From contig CM120640.1 in NCBI GenBank assembly GCA_051362555.1, positions 44,680,788-44,744,787 on the forward strand: a stretch of 64,000 bases of DNA. The letters run 5' to 3'. Positions 63,633 to 64,000 of this stretch are shown piece by piece; positions within the stretch are counted from its first letter, which is position 1; each line of letters begins with the position of its first letter. Below the pieces are notes generated by a model. That model was not told the DNA's origin. It did no database searches and saw nothing but the letters and a program-made list of their open reading frames with translations. The position numbers and the translations under genes are program-made. This stretch comes from Lingula anatina. Its lineage: Eukaryota; Animalia; Brachiopoda.

Positions 63633-63950
63633 TTAGTACCACCAGCGTGTACGCTGACGGTACTCAAGGTTTTAGCCCCGACCCGTCTCGTACAGTTCCG
63701 CCGGTGTAACGAAACTGAAGGTCCGTGTTACAGAAAGTCTGCCCTCCATATAATTATAATTGGTTAGGGTTTGCCTGACCTAAGTGGGTCAAAATCTGGG
63801 GCGAGTCTCACCTGTAAAAATGAAAGGGAAGCGGACTCTCTGTTATGGGGGACTCTCTGTCACGTTACATTTTTCTTTCCCATACGAATGCGCTTGCTCC
63901 AACTGGTGGTACAATACCAGGAGGCGGTATCGCCTCTCTGATCCTCTAGT
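63633..63950 (+). mobile_element. Short (about 320 bp) HINE-like element, family A, lacking the internal array
   Basis: 5' GTACCACCAGCG-tgta-CGCTGACGGTAC...GGTTTTAGCCCCGACCCG matches the reverse complement of 476-528. 3' ATACGAATGCGCTTGCTCCAACTGGTGGTACAATA..GAGGCGGTATCGCCTCTCTGATCCTCTAGTT matches the reverse complement of 614-682. Confidence 0.8.
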
Positions 63951-64000
63951 TTGTTTATGTTTTTAGGACCAATAAATGTTTCAAAACTATCTTTGTGTGT

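Overview
AT-rich, intron-dense eukaryotic DNA from an invertebrate animal; the SINE/HINE types suggest a lophotrochozoan (inference). Splice-aware manual reading gives eight intact genes: UQCRH (-), CLCC1 (+), UROD (-), two tandem caveolins (+), BAZ1B/WSTF (-, about 34 exons), GEN1 (+) and an uncharacterised 8-TM membrane protein (+). There is also an intron-containing pseudogene of a bacterial-type sulfotransferase. Repeats include Helentron/HINE-type elements with internal 146-bp and 160-bp arrays, a 1.9-kb foldback-like TIR element with an 8-bp TSD, small MITEs, a tRNA-derived SINE and microsatellites. No CRISPR array, rRNA or tRNA gene was seen, and I cannot support a wholly new biological system. 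Best leads: (1) a three-PHD BAZ1B built by tandem duplication of a phase-compatible 3-exon module; (2) a U12-type first intron in BAZ1B, plus GC-AG introns; (3) HINE arrays carrying nuclear-receptor elements every 146 bp; (4) the decayed bacterial-type sulfotransferase; (5) a GEN1 lacking the Cys/His insert and carrying an in-frame, stop-free intron; (6) the 8-TM protein. All gene models were derived by eye, with no database search.
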